The translations under genes were made by a program, and so were the position numbers. A DNA stretch of 64,000 bases from Camelus ferus. Lineage: Eukaryota. The notes under the pieces were generated by a model, which was not told the DNA's origin, did not search any database, and saw only the letters and a list, made by a program, of their open reading frames with translations. Where the stretch lies: contig NC_045697.1 in the NCBI RefSeq assembly GCF_009834535.1, positions 119,228,001 through 119,292,000 of the forward strand, written 5' to 3'. This document shows positions 25,301-39,400 of this stretch, piece by piece. How positions within the stretch are numbered: position 1 is the stretch's first letter; each line of letters starts with the position of its first letter.

Positions 25301-28300
25301 CACATGCTCTGTTCTGAGAGATAAGTGTGTGTGAAAGCCGCCCTTCACCTAGCTTGTTGGGAACACAAATTTTCTTTTTAGTTGCAAACTCCACTCCAAA
25401 CATATATAAGGGGAGGTACTAGCTCCAACTCGGTTTTACCGTGAAAATTGCAGGAATTTCATACCGGAACTAGGAAAAAGACTGAGAAACCAGACTAAAA
25501 GTTTCTCCTGCAACCCGTTCCTATTTGCTATATGAACGAACGTCTCACCACATGCTCAGTTCTGAGAGATAATTGTGTGTGAATGCCGTACTTCACGTAA
25601 CTTTTTGGGAACAAATAGTTTCTTTTCAGTTGCAAACTCCAATCCATACATATATATAGGGAGGTACTATCTCCAAATCGATTTTACAGTGAATCTGCAG
25701 CAACTTCAAGCCGGCACAAGGAAACAGACTGAAAACCAGAGTAAAATTTTCTCCTGCATCCCACTCCATTTTTGACAAATGAACGAACGTCTCTCCACAT
25801 GCTCATTTCTGAGAGATAAGTGTTTGTGAAAGCCGTCCTTCACCTAGCTTGTTGGGAACCAAAGTTTCTTTTCAGTAGCTAAATCCACTCCATACATATA
25901 TATGGGGAGGTACTAGCTCCAAATCGATTTTACAGTGAAAACTGCAGGAACTTCCAACCGGCACTAGGAAACAGACTGAGAAACCAGAGTAAAAGTTTCT
26001 CCTGGATCCCGTTCCCTTTGTGTTAGATGAACGAAAGTCTCTCCACATGCTCAGTTGTGAGAGATAAGTGTGTGTGAAATCCGTCTTTCACCTAGCTTGT
26101 TGAGAACACAAAGTTTCATTTGAGTTGCCAACTCCAGTCCATATATATATATGGGGAGGTAATAGCTGAAAATTTATTTACAGTGAAAACTGCAGGAACA
26201 TCAACCCGGCACTAGGTAACAGACTGAGATAGCAGAGTAAAAGTTTCTCCTGCAACACGTTCCCTTTGTGCTAGATGAGCGAACTTCTATCCACATACTC
26301 AGTTTTGAGAGAAAATTGTAAATGAAAGCCGTCCTTCACCTATTTTTTGGGAACACAAAGTTTCTTTCCAGGTGCAAACCCCAATAAATATATATATATG
26401 GGGAGGATATAGCTCCAACTTTTTTACAGTGAAAACTGCAGGATCTTCAAACTGGTACTAGGTAACAGACTGAGAAATCAGAATAAATATTTCTCCTGCA
26501 TCCCGTTCCATTTGTGCTAGATGAACGAACGTCTCTCCACATGCTCAGTTCTGGGAGATAAGTGTGTGTGAAAGCCGTTCTTCAACTAGCTTTTTGGGAA
26601 CACAAAGATTCTTTTCAGTTGCATACACCAATACATATATATATATGGTGAAGTACAATTTCCAACACAGTTTTACATTGAAAACTGCAGGAATTTCATA
26701 CTGGAACTTGGAAACAGACTAAGAAAACAGAGAAAAAGTTTCACCTGCAACACATTCCCTTTGTGATAGATGAACTAACGTCTCTACACATGCTCAGTTC
26801 TGAGAGATAAATGTGTGTGAAAGCCGTCCTTCACCTAGCTTGTTGGGAACACAAAGATTCTTTTCAGTTGCCAACTCCACTCCATACATATATATGGGGA
26901 GGTACTAGCACCAACTCTGTTTTACAGTGAAAATTGCAGGAACTTCAAAACGGCAAAAGTAACAGACTGGGCAACCAGAGTAAAAGTTTCTCCTGCATCC
27001 AGTTCACTTTGTGTTAGATGAACGAACGTCTCTCCACATGCTCATTTGTGAGAAATAATTGTGTGTGAAAGCCGTCCTTCACCTAGCTTGTTGAGAACAC
27101 AAAGTTTCATTTGAGTTGCCAACTCCAACCCATTTATATATATGGGGAGGTAAGAGCTCCAAATTTTTTTACAGTGAAAACTGCAGGAACATCAAACCGG
27201 CACTAGGTAACAGAATGAGATATAAGAGTAAAAGTTTCTCCTGCAAACCGTTCCATTTGTGCTAGATGAGCAAAAGTCTCTCCACATGATCTGTTCTGAG
27301 AGATAAGTGTGTGTGAAAGCCGTCCTTCACCTAGCTTGTTGGGAACACATAGATTCTTTTCAGTTGCAAACCCTATCCATAAGTATATATGGGGAGGTAC
27401 TAGCTCCAACACGGTTTTACAGTGAAATCTGCAGGAACTTCAAACCGGCACTAGGAAACAGACTGAGAAACCAGAGTAAAAATTTCACCTGCAACCGGTT
27501 CACTTTTTGCTAGATGAATGAACGTCTTTCCACATGCTCAGTTCTGAGAGATAATTGTGTGTGAAAGCCGTCCTTCACCTATCTTGTTGGGAACACAAAA
27601 TTCCTTTTCAGGTGCAAACTCCACTGCATATATATATATGGGGAGGTACTAGCTACAAAACGGTTTTACAGTGAACACTGCAGGAACTTCAAACCGGCAC
27701 TAGGAAACAGACGGAGAAAACAGGGAAAAGATTTCACCTGCCAACCGTTATCAATGTGCTAGATGAACGAAAGTCTCTCCACATGCTCGGTTCTGAGAAA
27801 TAAGTGTGTGTGAAAGCCGTTCTTCACCTAGCTTGTTGGGAACACAAAGTTTCTTTTCAGGTGCCAAATCCACTCCAAACAAATGTATGGGGTTGTACTA
27901 GATCCAAATCGGTTTTACAGTGAAAACTGCAGGAGTTTTATATCGGAACCAGGAAACAGACTGAGAAACCAGAGTAAAAGTTTCTCCTGCAACTCGTTCA
28001 CTTTGTGCTAGATGAACGAACATCTCTCCACATGCTCAGTTCTGAGAGGTAAGTGTGTGTGAAAGCCGTCCTTGAACTATCTTTTTGGAAACACAAAGTT
28101 TCTTTTCAGTTTCAAACTCCAATCCATACATATATATAGGGAGGTATTATCTCCAACTAGATTTTAAAATGAATCTACACGAACTTCAAACCGGCACTAG
28201 GAAACAGACTGAAAACCAGAGTAACAGTTTCTCCTGAAACCGGTTCACTTTGTGCTACATGAACCAACGTCTCTCCACATGATCAGTTGTGAGAGAAAAG

Positions 28301-28722
28301 TGTGTGTGAAAGCCCACCTTCACCTAGATTGTTGGGAATACATAGTTTCTTATCAGTTGCAAACTCCACTCCATACATATATATGGGGAGGTATTAGCTC
28401 CAAATCAGTTTGACAATGAAAAATGCAGGAACTTCAAACTGGCACTAGGAAACATACTGAGAAACCAGAGAAGAAGTTTCCCGGCAACCCGTTTACTTTC
28501 TGCTAGATGAACGAAAGTCTGTCCACATGCTCAGTTCTGAGAGATAAGTGTGTGTGAAAGCCGTACTTCACCTAGCTTGTTGGGAACACAAAGTTCCTTT
28601 TTAGTTGCAAACTCCACTCCAAACATATATAAGGAGAGATAATATCTCCAACTCTGTTTTACAGTGAAAACTGCAGGAATTTCATACCGGAACTAGGAAA
28701 CAGACTGAAAAACCAGAGTAAA

Positions 28723-31700
28723 AGTTTCCCCTGCAACCCGTTCACTTTGTGCTAGATGAACGAACGTCTCTCCACATGCTCAGTTCTGGGAGATAAGTGT
28801 GTGTGAAAGCCGTCCTTCAACTAGCTTTTTCGGAACACAAAGTTTCTTTTCAGATGCAAACCCCACTTCATACATATATAAGGGGAGGTATTAGCTCCAA
28901 CTCAGTTTGACTGTGAAAACTGCAGGAACTTCAAACCGGCACTTGGGAACATACCGAGAAACCAGAGAAAAAGTTTCACCTGCAACACGTTCACTTTGTT
29001 CTAAAGGAATGAATGTCTCTCCACATGCTCTTTTGACAGAAAAGTTTGTATGAAAGCCGTCCTTCACATATCTTGTTGGGAACACAAAGTTTCTTTTCAG
29101 GTGCAAACTTCAATCCATATATATATATGGGGAGGAAATAGCTCCAACTTTTTTTACAGTGAAAAGAGCAGGAACATCAAACCGGCACTAGGTAACAGAC
29201 TGAGATATCAGAATAAATGTTTCTCCTGCAACCCGTTCCATTTGTGCTAGATGAACGAACGTCTCTCCACATGCTCAGTTCTGGGAGATAAGTGTGTGTG
29301 AAAGACGTCCTTCAACTAGCTTTTTGGGAACACAAAGATTCTTTTCAGTTGCAAACACCAATACATATATATATATGGGGAAGTACAAACTCCAACTCAG
29401 TTTTACAGAGAAAACTGCAAGAATTTCATACCGGAACAAGGAAACAGACTGAGAAACCAGAGAAAAAATTTCTCCTGCAACACATTCCCTTTGTGATAAA
29501 TGAACGAACGTCTCCCCATATGCTCAGTTCTGAGCGATAATTGTGTGTGAAGCCGTCCTTCAAATAACTTGTTGGGAACACAAAGTTTCTTTTCAGTTGC
29601 AAACTCCAATCCATACATATTTATAGGGTGGTCCTAGCTAAAACTCGATTTTACAGTGATTTGCAAGAACTTCAAACCGGCACTAGGAAAAAGACTGAAA
29701 ACTAGAGTAAAAGTTTCTCCTGCAAACCACGGCATTTGTGCTAGATGAACGAACGTCTCTCCACATGCTGAGTTCTGAGAGATACGTTTGTGTGAAAGCC
29801 ATCCTCCACCGAGCTTGTTGGGAACACAAAGTTTCTTTTAAGATGCAAACTCCACTCCATACATATATATGTGGAGGTATTAGCTCCAACTGTGTTTTAC
29901 AGTGAAAACTGCAGGAACATATAACCGGCACTAGGAAACAGACTGAGAAACCACAGAAAAAGATTCTTCTGCAACCCGTTCCCTTTGTGCTAGATGAACG
30001 AAAGTCTCTCCACATGCTCAGTTCTGAGAGATAAGTGTGTGTGAAAGCCGTCCTTCATCTAGCTTGTTGGGAACACAAAGATTCTTTTCAGTTGCAAACT
30101 CCACTCCATACATATATATGGGGTGTTACAAGCTCCAAATCTGTTTTACATTGAAAATAGCAGGAACTTCAAAACGGCACAAGTAACAGACTGGGCAAAC
30201 AGATTAAAAGATTCTCCTGCATCCCGTTTACTTTGTGTTAGATGAACGAACGTCTCTCCATATGCCCAATTCTGAGAGATAAGTGTGTGTGAAAGCCGTC
30301 CTTCGAATAGCTTGTTGAGAACACAAAGTTTATTTTGAGTAGCAAACTCCAATCCATATATATATATGGGGAAGTACTAGCTCCAAATTTTTTTACAGTG
30401 AAAACTGCAGGAACATCAAATAGGCACTAGGTAACACACTGAGATAGCAGAGTAAAAGTTTCTCCTGCAACACGTTCGCTTTGTGCTAGATGAACGAAAG
30501 TCTCTCCACATGATCAGTTCAGAAATAAGTGTGTGTGAAATCCGTCCTTCACCTAGCTTGTTGGGAACACAAAGTTTCTTTTCAGTAGCAAACCCCTCTC
30601 CATACATATATATGGGGGAGGTACTATCTCCAACTCGGTTTTACAGTGAAATCTGCAGGCACTTCAAACCGGCACTAGGAAACAGACTGAAAACTAGAGA
30701 AAAAGTTTCTCCTGCAAACCCCTCCATTTGTGCATAATGAACGAACTTCTCTCCATATGCTCAGATCTGAGAGATATGTGTGTGTGAAAGCCGTCCTTCA
30801 TCTAGCTTGTTGGGGACACAAAGTTTCTTTTCAGTTGCTAAATCCACTGTATACATATATATGGGGAGGTACTAGCTCCAAATCGATTTTACAGTGAAAA
30901 CTGCAGGAACTTCCAACCAGCACAAGGAAACAGACTTAGAAACCAGAGTAAAAGTTTCTCCTGCAAACCGTTCTTTTTCTGCTAGATGAACGAATGTCTC
31001 TCCACATGCTCAGTTCTGAGAGAAAATTGTGTGTGAATGCCGTCCCTCATCTGGCTTTTTGGGAACAAAAAGTTTCTTTTCAGTTGCAAACTCCACTCCA
31101 TACTTATATATGTGGTTTTACTAGCTCCAACTCGATTTTACAGTGATAACTGCAGGAACTTCAAACCGGCACAGGGAAACACACTGAGAAACCAGAGTAA
31201 AAGTTTCCCTTGGAACCAGTTCCTTTTGTTCTAGATGAACGAACGTCTCTCCACATGCTAAATTCTGAGAGATACGTGTGTGTGAAAGCCATCCTTCACC
31301 GAGCTTGTTGGGAACACAAAGATTCTTTTCAGTTGCAAACTCCATTCCATATATATATAGGGGGAGGGTCTAGCACCAAATCTGTTTTACAGTGAAAATT
31401 GCAGGAACTTCAAAACGGCAAAAGTAACAGACTGGGCAACCAGAGTAAAAGTTTCTCCTGCATCCCGTTCACTTTGTGTTAGATGAACGAACGTCTCTCC
31501 ACATGCTCTGTTTTGAGAAATAATTGTGTGTGAAAGCAGTCTTTCACCTAGCTTGTTGAGAACACAAAGTTTCATTTGAGTTGCCAACTCCAATCCATAT
31601 ATATATATGGGGAGGTAATAGCTCCAAATTTTTTTACAGTGAAAACTGCAGGAACATCAAACCGGCACTATGTAACAGAATGAGATAGCAGAGAAAAAGT

Positions 31701-34700
31701 TTCTCCTGTAACCCTTTCCATTTGTGCTAGATGATCGAACGTCTCTCCACATGATCTCTTCTGAGAGATAAGTGTTTGTGAAAGCCGTCCTTCAACTAGT
31801 TTGTTGGGAACCCAAAGTTTCTTTTCAGTTGCATACCCCTCTCCATACATTTATATGGGTATGTACATGCTCCAACTCGGTTTTAATGTGAAATCTGCAG
31901 GAACGTCAAACCGGCACTAGGAAACAGACTGAGAAACCAGAGTAAAAGTTACACCTGCAACCCGTTCAATTTTTGCTAGATGAATGAACGTTTCTCCACA
32001 TGCTCAGTTCTGAGAGATAAGTGTGTGTGAAAGCCGTCATTCACCTATTTTGTTGGGAACACAATGTTTCTTTTCAGGTGCCAACTCCACTCCAAATATA
32101 TATATGGGGAGGTACTAGCTCCAAAAATGTTTTACAGTGAAAACTGCAGGAACTTCAAACCGGCACTAGGAAACAGACTGAGAAAACAGAGTAAAAGTTT
32201 CACCTGCCAAAAGTTATCTTTGTGCTAGATGAACGAAAGTCTCTCCACATGCTCAGTTCTGAGAGATAAGTGTGTGTGAAAGCCGTCCTTCACCTAGCTT
32301 GTTGAGAACACACAGATTCTTTTGAGTTGCAAACTCCAATCCATATACATATATGGGGAGGTAATAGCTCCAAATTTTGTTACAGTGAAATCTGCAGGAA
32401 CATCAAACCGGCACTAGGTAACAGACAGAGATAGCAGAGTAAATGTTTCTCCTGCAACCCGTTCCCTTTGTGCTAGATGAACGAACGTCTCTCCACATAA
32501 TCAGTTCTGAGAGATAAGTGTGTGTGAAAGCCGTCCTTCATCTAGCTTGTTCGAACACAAAGTTTCTTTTCAGATGCAAACACCTCTCCATACATATGTA
32601 TGGGGAGGTACTAGTTCCAACTCGGTTTTACAGTGAAATCTGCAGGAACTTCAAACCGGAACTAGGAAACAGACTGAGAAACCAGGGTAAAATTTTCACC
32701 TGCAACACTTTCACTTTGTGCTAGACGAATGAACGTCTCTCCACATGCTCAGTTCTGAGAGATAAGTGTGTGTGAAAGCCGTCCTTCACATATCTTGTTG
32801 GGAACACAAAGTTTCTTTTCAGGTGCAAACACCACTCCATATATATATATCGGGAGGTACTAGCTACAACACGGTTTTAAAGTGAAAACTGCAGAAACTT
32901 CAAACCGGCACTAGGGAACAGACTGGGAACCAGAATAAAAGTTTCCCCTGCAACCCGTTCCATTTGTGCTAGATGAACGAACGTCTCTCCACATGCTCAG
33001 TTCTGGGAGATAAGTGTGTGTGAAAGCCGTCCTTCAACTAGCTTTTTGGGAACACAAAGTTTCTTTTCAGATGCAAACCCCACTTCATACATATATAAGG
33101 GGAGGTATTAGCTCCAACTCAGTGTGACTGTGAAAACTGCAGGAACTTCAAACCGGCACTTGGAAACATACCGAGAAACCAGAGAAAAAGTTTCACCTGC
33201 AACACGTTCACTTTGTTCTAAATGAATGAACGTCTCTCCACATGCTCTTTTGACAGAAAAGTGTGTATGAAAGCCGTCCTTCACATATCTTGTTGGGAAC
33301 ACAAAGTTTCTTTTCAGGTGCAAACTTCAATCCATATATATATATGGGGAGGAAATAGCTCCAACTTTTTTTACAGTGAAAAGAGCAGGAACATCAAACC
33401 GGCACTAGGTAACAGACTGAGATATCAGAATAATTGTTTCTCCTGCAACCCGTTCCATTTGTGCTAGATGAACGAACGTCTCTCCACATGCTCAGTTCTG
33501 GGAGATAAGTGTGTGTGAAAGCCGTCCTTCAACTAGCTTTTTGGGAACACAAAGATTCTTTTCAGTTGCAAACACCAATACATATATATATATGGGGAAG
33601 TACAAACTCCAACTCAGTTTTACAGAGAAAACTGCAAGAATTTCATACCAGAACTAGGAAACAGACTGAGAAAACAGAGAAAAAGTTTCTCCTGCAACAC
33701 ATTCCCTTTGTGATAGATGAACGAACGTCTCCCCATATGCTCAGTTCTGAGAGATAATTGTGTGTGAAAGCCGTCCTTCACATAACTTGTTGGGAACACA
33801 AAGTTTCTTTTCAGTTGCAAACTCTAATCCATACATATTTATAGGGTGGTCCTAGCTAAAACTCGATTTTACAGTGATTTGCAGGAACTTCAAACCGGCA
33901 CTAGGAAACAGACTGAAAACAAGAGTAAAAGTTTCTCCTGCAAACCACGGCATTTGTGCTAGATGAACGAACGTCTCTCCACATGCTGAGATCTGAGAGA
34001 TAAGTTTGTGTGAAAGCCATCCTCCACCGAGCTTGTTGGGAACACAAAGTTTCTTTTAAGATGCAAACTCCACTCCATACTTATATATGTGGAGGTATTA
34101 GCTCCAACTGTGTTTTACAGTGAAAACTGCAGGAACATATAACCGGCACTAGGAAACAGACTGAGAAACCACAGAAAAAGATTCTTCTGCAACCCGATCC
34201 CTTTGTGCTAGATGAACGAACGTCTCTCCACATGCTCAGTTCTGAGAGATAAGTGTGTGTGAAAGCCGTCCTTCACCTAGCTTGTTGGGAACACAAAGTT
34301 TCTTTTCAGTTGCAAACTCCACTCCATATATATATATGGGGTGTTACAAGCTCCAAATCTGTTTTACAGTGAAAATTGCAGGAACTTCTAAACGGCACAA
34401 GTAACAGACTGGGCAACCAGATTAAAAGATTCTCCTGCATCCCGCTTACTTTGTGATAGATGAACGAACGTCTCTCCATATGCCCAATTCTGAGAGATAA
34501 GTGTGTGTGAAAGCCGTCCTTCGAATAGCTTGTTGAGAACACAAAGTTTATTTTGAGTTGCAAACTCCAATCCATATATATATATGGGGAAGTACTAGCT
34601 CCAAATTTTTTTACAGTGAAAACTGCAGGAACATCAAACCGGCACTAGGTAACACACTGAGATAGCAGAGTAAAAGTTTCTACTGCAACACATTCGCTTT

Positions 34701-36480
34701 GTTTTAGATGAACGAACGTCTCTCCACATGATCAGTTCAGAAATAAGTGTGTGTGAAATCCGTCCTTCACGTAGCTTGTTGGGAACACAAAGTTTCTTTT
34801 CAGTTGCAAACCCCTCTCCATACATATATATGGGGGAGGTACTATCTCCAACTCGGTTTTACAGTGAAATCTGCAGGAACTTCAAACCGGCACTAGGAAA
34901 CAGACTGAAAACTAGAGTAAAAGTTTCTCCTGCAAACCCCTCCATTTGTGCATAATGAACGAACGTCTCTCCATATGCTCAGATCTGAGAGATATGTGTG
35001 TGTGAAAGCCGTCCTTCATCTAGCTTGTTGGGAACACAAAGTTTCTTTTCAGTTGCTAAATCCACTGTATACATATATATGGGGAGGTACTAGCTCCAAA
35101 TCGATTTTACAGTGAAAACTGCAGGAACTTCCAACCAGCACAAGGAAACAGACTTAGAAACCAGAGTAAAAGTTTCTCCTGCAAACCGTTCTTTTTCTGC
35201 TAGATGAACGAATGTCTCTCCACATGCTCAGTTCTGAGAGAAAATTGTGTGTGAATGCCGTCCCTCATCTGGCTTTTTGGGAACAAAAAGTTTCTTTTCA
35301 GTTGCAAACTCCACTCCATACTTATATATGTGGTTTTACTAGCTCCAACTCGATTTTACAGTGATAACTGCAGGAACTTCAAACCGGCACAGGGAAACAC
35401 ACTGAGAAACCAGAGTAAAAGTTTCCCTTGGAACCAGTTCCTTTTGTTCTAGATGAACGAACGTCTCTCCACATGCTAAATTCTGAGAGATACGTGTGTG
35501 TGAAAGCCATCCTTCACCGAGCTTGTTGGGAACACAAAGATTCTTTTCAGTTGCAAACTCCATTCCATATATATATAGGGGGAGGGTCTAGCACCAAATC
35601 TGTTTTACAGTGAAAATTGCAGGAACTTCAAAACGGCAAAAGTAACAGACTGGGCAACCAGAGTAAAAGTTTCTCCTGCATCCCGTTCACTTTGTGTTAG
35701 ATGAACGAACGTCTCTCCACATGCTCTGTTTTGAGAAATAATTGTGTGTGAAAGCAGTCCTTCATCCAGCTTGTTGAGAACACAAAGTTTCATTTGAGTT
35801 GCCAACTCCAATCCATAAATATATATGGGGAGGTAATAGCTCCAAATTTTTTTACAGTGAAAACTGCAGGAACATCAAACCGGCACTATGTAACAGAATG
35901 AGATAGCAGAGAAAAAGTTTCTCCTGTAACCCTTTCCATTTGTGCTAGATGATCGAACGTCTCTCCACATGATCTCTTCTGAGAGATAAGTGTTTGTGAA
36001 AGCCGTCCTTCAACTAGCTTGCTGGGAACCCAAAGTTTCTTTTCAGTTGCAAACCCCTCTCCATACATTTATATGGGTATGTACTTGCTCCAACTCGGTT
36101 TTAATGTGAAATCTGCAGGAACATCAAAACGGCACTAGGAAACAGACTGAGAAACCAGAGTAAAAGTTACACCTGCAACCCATTCACTTTTTGCTAGATG
36201 AATGAACGTTTCTCCACATGCTCAGTTCTGAGAGATAAGTGTGTGTGAAAGCCGTCATTCACCTATCTTGTTGGGAACACAATGTTTCTTTTCAGGTGCC
36301 AACTCCACTCCAAATATATATATGGGGAGGTACTAGCTCCAAAAAGGTTTTACAGTGAAAACTGCAGGAACTTCAAACCGGCAGTAGGAAATAGACTGAG
36401 AAAACAGAGTAAAAGTTTCACCTGCCAACCGTTATCTTTGTGCTAGATGAACGAAAGTCTCTCCACATGCTCAGTTCTGA
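28723..36480. repeat. 17-monomer-period duplication (offset 4217-4218 bp); ~14 monomers shared
   Basis: 28723-~32260 matches 32940-~36480; paired ORFs 28891/33108, 31037/35255, 31387/35605 and 31668/35886; private variants ATGCTCTTTTGACAGAAAAG, GAAAAGAGCAGG, CTTCGAATAG and CCCTTGGAACCAG. Confidence 0.9.
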
Positions 36481-39400
36481 GAAATAACTGTGTGTGAAAG
36501 CCGTCCTTCACCTAGCTTGTTGGGAACACAAAGTTTCTTTTCAGGTGCCAACTCCACTCCATACATATGTATGGGGTTGTACTAGCCCCAAATCCGTTTT
36601 ACAGTGAAAACTGCAGGAATCTTATACCGGAACTAGGAAACAGACTGAGAAAATACAGTAAAAGTTTCTCCTGCAAACCGTTCCCTTTGTGCTAGATGAA
36701 CGAACGTCTCTCCACATGCTCAGATCTGAGAGATAATTGTGTGTGAAAGCCGTCCTTCCCCTAGATTGTTGGGAACACAAGGTTTCTTTTCAGTAGATAA
36801 ATCCACTCCATCCATATATATTGGGAGGTAATAGCTCCAAATCTATGTTGCAGTGAAAACTGCAGGAACTTCCAACCGGCACTAGGAAACAGACAGGTAA
36901 ACCAGAGTAAAAGTTTCCCCTGAAAACCATTGTTTTTCTGCTAGATGAACGAATGTCTCTCCACATGCTCAGTTCTGAGAGATAAGTGTTTGTGAAAGCC
37001 GTCCCTCAACTAGCTTGTTGGGAACACAAATTTTTTTTCATTTACAAACTACACTCCATATATATATAAGGGTAGGAACTAGCTTCAAATATGTTTAACA
37101 GTGATAACTGCAGGAACTTCAAACCGGCACTGGGAAACACACTAAAAAACCAGAGTAATAATTTCTCCTGGAAACATTTCCCTTTGTGCTAGATGAACGA
37201 ACGTCTCTTCACATGCTAAATTCTGAGAGATAGGTGTGTGTGAAAGCCGTCATTCACATAGCTTGTTGGGAACACGAAGTTTCTTTTCAGTTGCAAACTC
37301 CAATCCATACATACATATGGGGATGTACCAGCTCAAAATCGGTTTTACAGTGAAATCTGCAAAAAAATTCAAACTGGCACTAGGAAACAGACTGAGGAAC
37401 CAGAGTAAAATTTCTCCTGCAAACCGTTCCATTTGTGCTAGATGAAAGAACGTCTCTCCACATGCTAAATCCTGAGAGATAATTGTGTGTGAAAGCCTTC
37501 CTTCACCAAGCTTGTTGGGAATACAAAGTTTCTTTTCAGTTGCAAACTCCACTCCATACATATATATAGGAGAGACTAGCTCCAACTCGGTTTTTCAGTG
37601 AAAACTGCAGGAACTTCAAACCGGCACTAGGAAACAGACTGAGAAAGCAGAGTAAAAGTTTCTCCTGCAACCAGTTCCCTTTTTGCTAAATGAACGAACG
37701 TCTCTCCACATGCTCATTTCTGAGAGATACGTGTGTGTAAAGCCGTCCTTCACCTATCTTGTTGGGACCAAAATGTTTCTTTTAAGATGAAAACACCACT
37801 CCATATATTTATATGTGTAGGTACTAGCTCCAACTGAGTTTTACAGTGAATAATGCAGGAATTTCAAACGGGCACTAGGAAACAGACTGAGAATCCACAG
37901 TAAAACTTTCTCCTGCAACCCGTTCCCTTTGAGCTAGATGAACGAACGTCTATCCACATGCTCACTTCTGAGAGATAAGTGTGTGTGAAAGCCGTCCTTC
38001 ACCTAGCTTGTTGGGAACACATAGTTTATTTTCAGTTGCAAAATCCAATCCATACATATATAAGGAAAGTACTAGTTCCAACACGATTTTACTGTGAATC
38101 TGCAGGAACTTCAAACCGGCACTAGGAAACAGACTGAGATTGAAGAGTAAATGTTTCTCCTGCAACCCTTTCCCTTTGTGCTAGATGAACGAACGTCTCT
38201 CCAAATGATCAGTTCTGAGAGATATGTGTGTGTGAAAGCCGTCCTTAACCTAGCTTGTTGGGAACACAATGTCTCTTTTCAGGTGCAAAATCCACCCATA
38301 CATATATATGGGGATGTACTAGTTCAAAATCGATTTTACAGTGAAAACTGCAGGAACTTCAAACCGAAAGTAGGAAACAGACTGAGAAACCAGAGTAAAA
38401 TTTTCACCTGCAACCCGTTCCCTTGGTTCTAGATGAACGAAAATATCTCCAAATGCTCATTTCTTAGAGATAAGTGTGTGTGAAAGCCTTCCTTCACTTG
38501 ACTTGTAGGGAACACAAAGTTTCTTTTCAGGTGTAAACTCCAATCCATACATATATATGGGGAGGTACTAGCTCAAACCATGTTTTACAGTGAAAAGTGC
38601 AGGATCTTCAAACCGACACTAGGAAACAGACTGATAAACCAGAGTAAAAGTTTCTCCTGCAACCCGTTCCTTTGTTCTAGATGAAAGAAAATCTCTCCAA
38701 TTGCTCAGTTCTGAGAAATAAGTGTGTGTTAAAGCCGTCCTTCACATAGCTTGTTGGGAACACAAAGTTTCTTTTCAGTTCAATCTCCACTCCATACATA
38801 TATATGGGGAGGTACTAGATCCAACTCGGTTTTACAGTGAAAACTGCAGGAACTTCAATCCAGCCCTGGGAAACAGACTGAGAAGACAGAGTAAAAGTTT
38901 CAATTGCATCCCTTTCCCTTGATGTTAGATGAACGAACATATCTCCATATGCTCTGTTCTAGAGATAAGTGTGTGTGAAAGCCTTCCTTTACCTAGTTTG
39001 TTGTGAACACAAGGTTTCTTTTAAGTTGCAAACTTCAATCCATAATATATATGGGGAGGTACTAGCTCCAACTCGGTTTTACAGTGAAAACTGCAGGAAA
39101 TTCAAACCGGCACTAGGAAACAGACTGAGAAACCAGAGTAAAAGTTTCTCCTGCAAACCGTTCCCATCATGCTAGATGAATGAACGTCCCTCCACTTGCT
39201 CAGTTCTGAGAGATAAGTGTGTGTGAAAGCCGTCCTTCAAGTAACTTGTTGGGAACACAAAATTTCTTTTCATTTGGAAACACCAATCCATAAATATATA
39301 TGGGGAGGTACTAGCTCCAACTCGTTTTTACAGTGAAAACTGCAAGAAGTTCAAAACGGCACTAGGAAACAGACTGAGAAACCAGAGTAAATGTTTCTCC

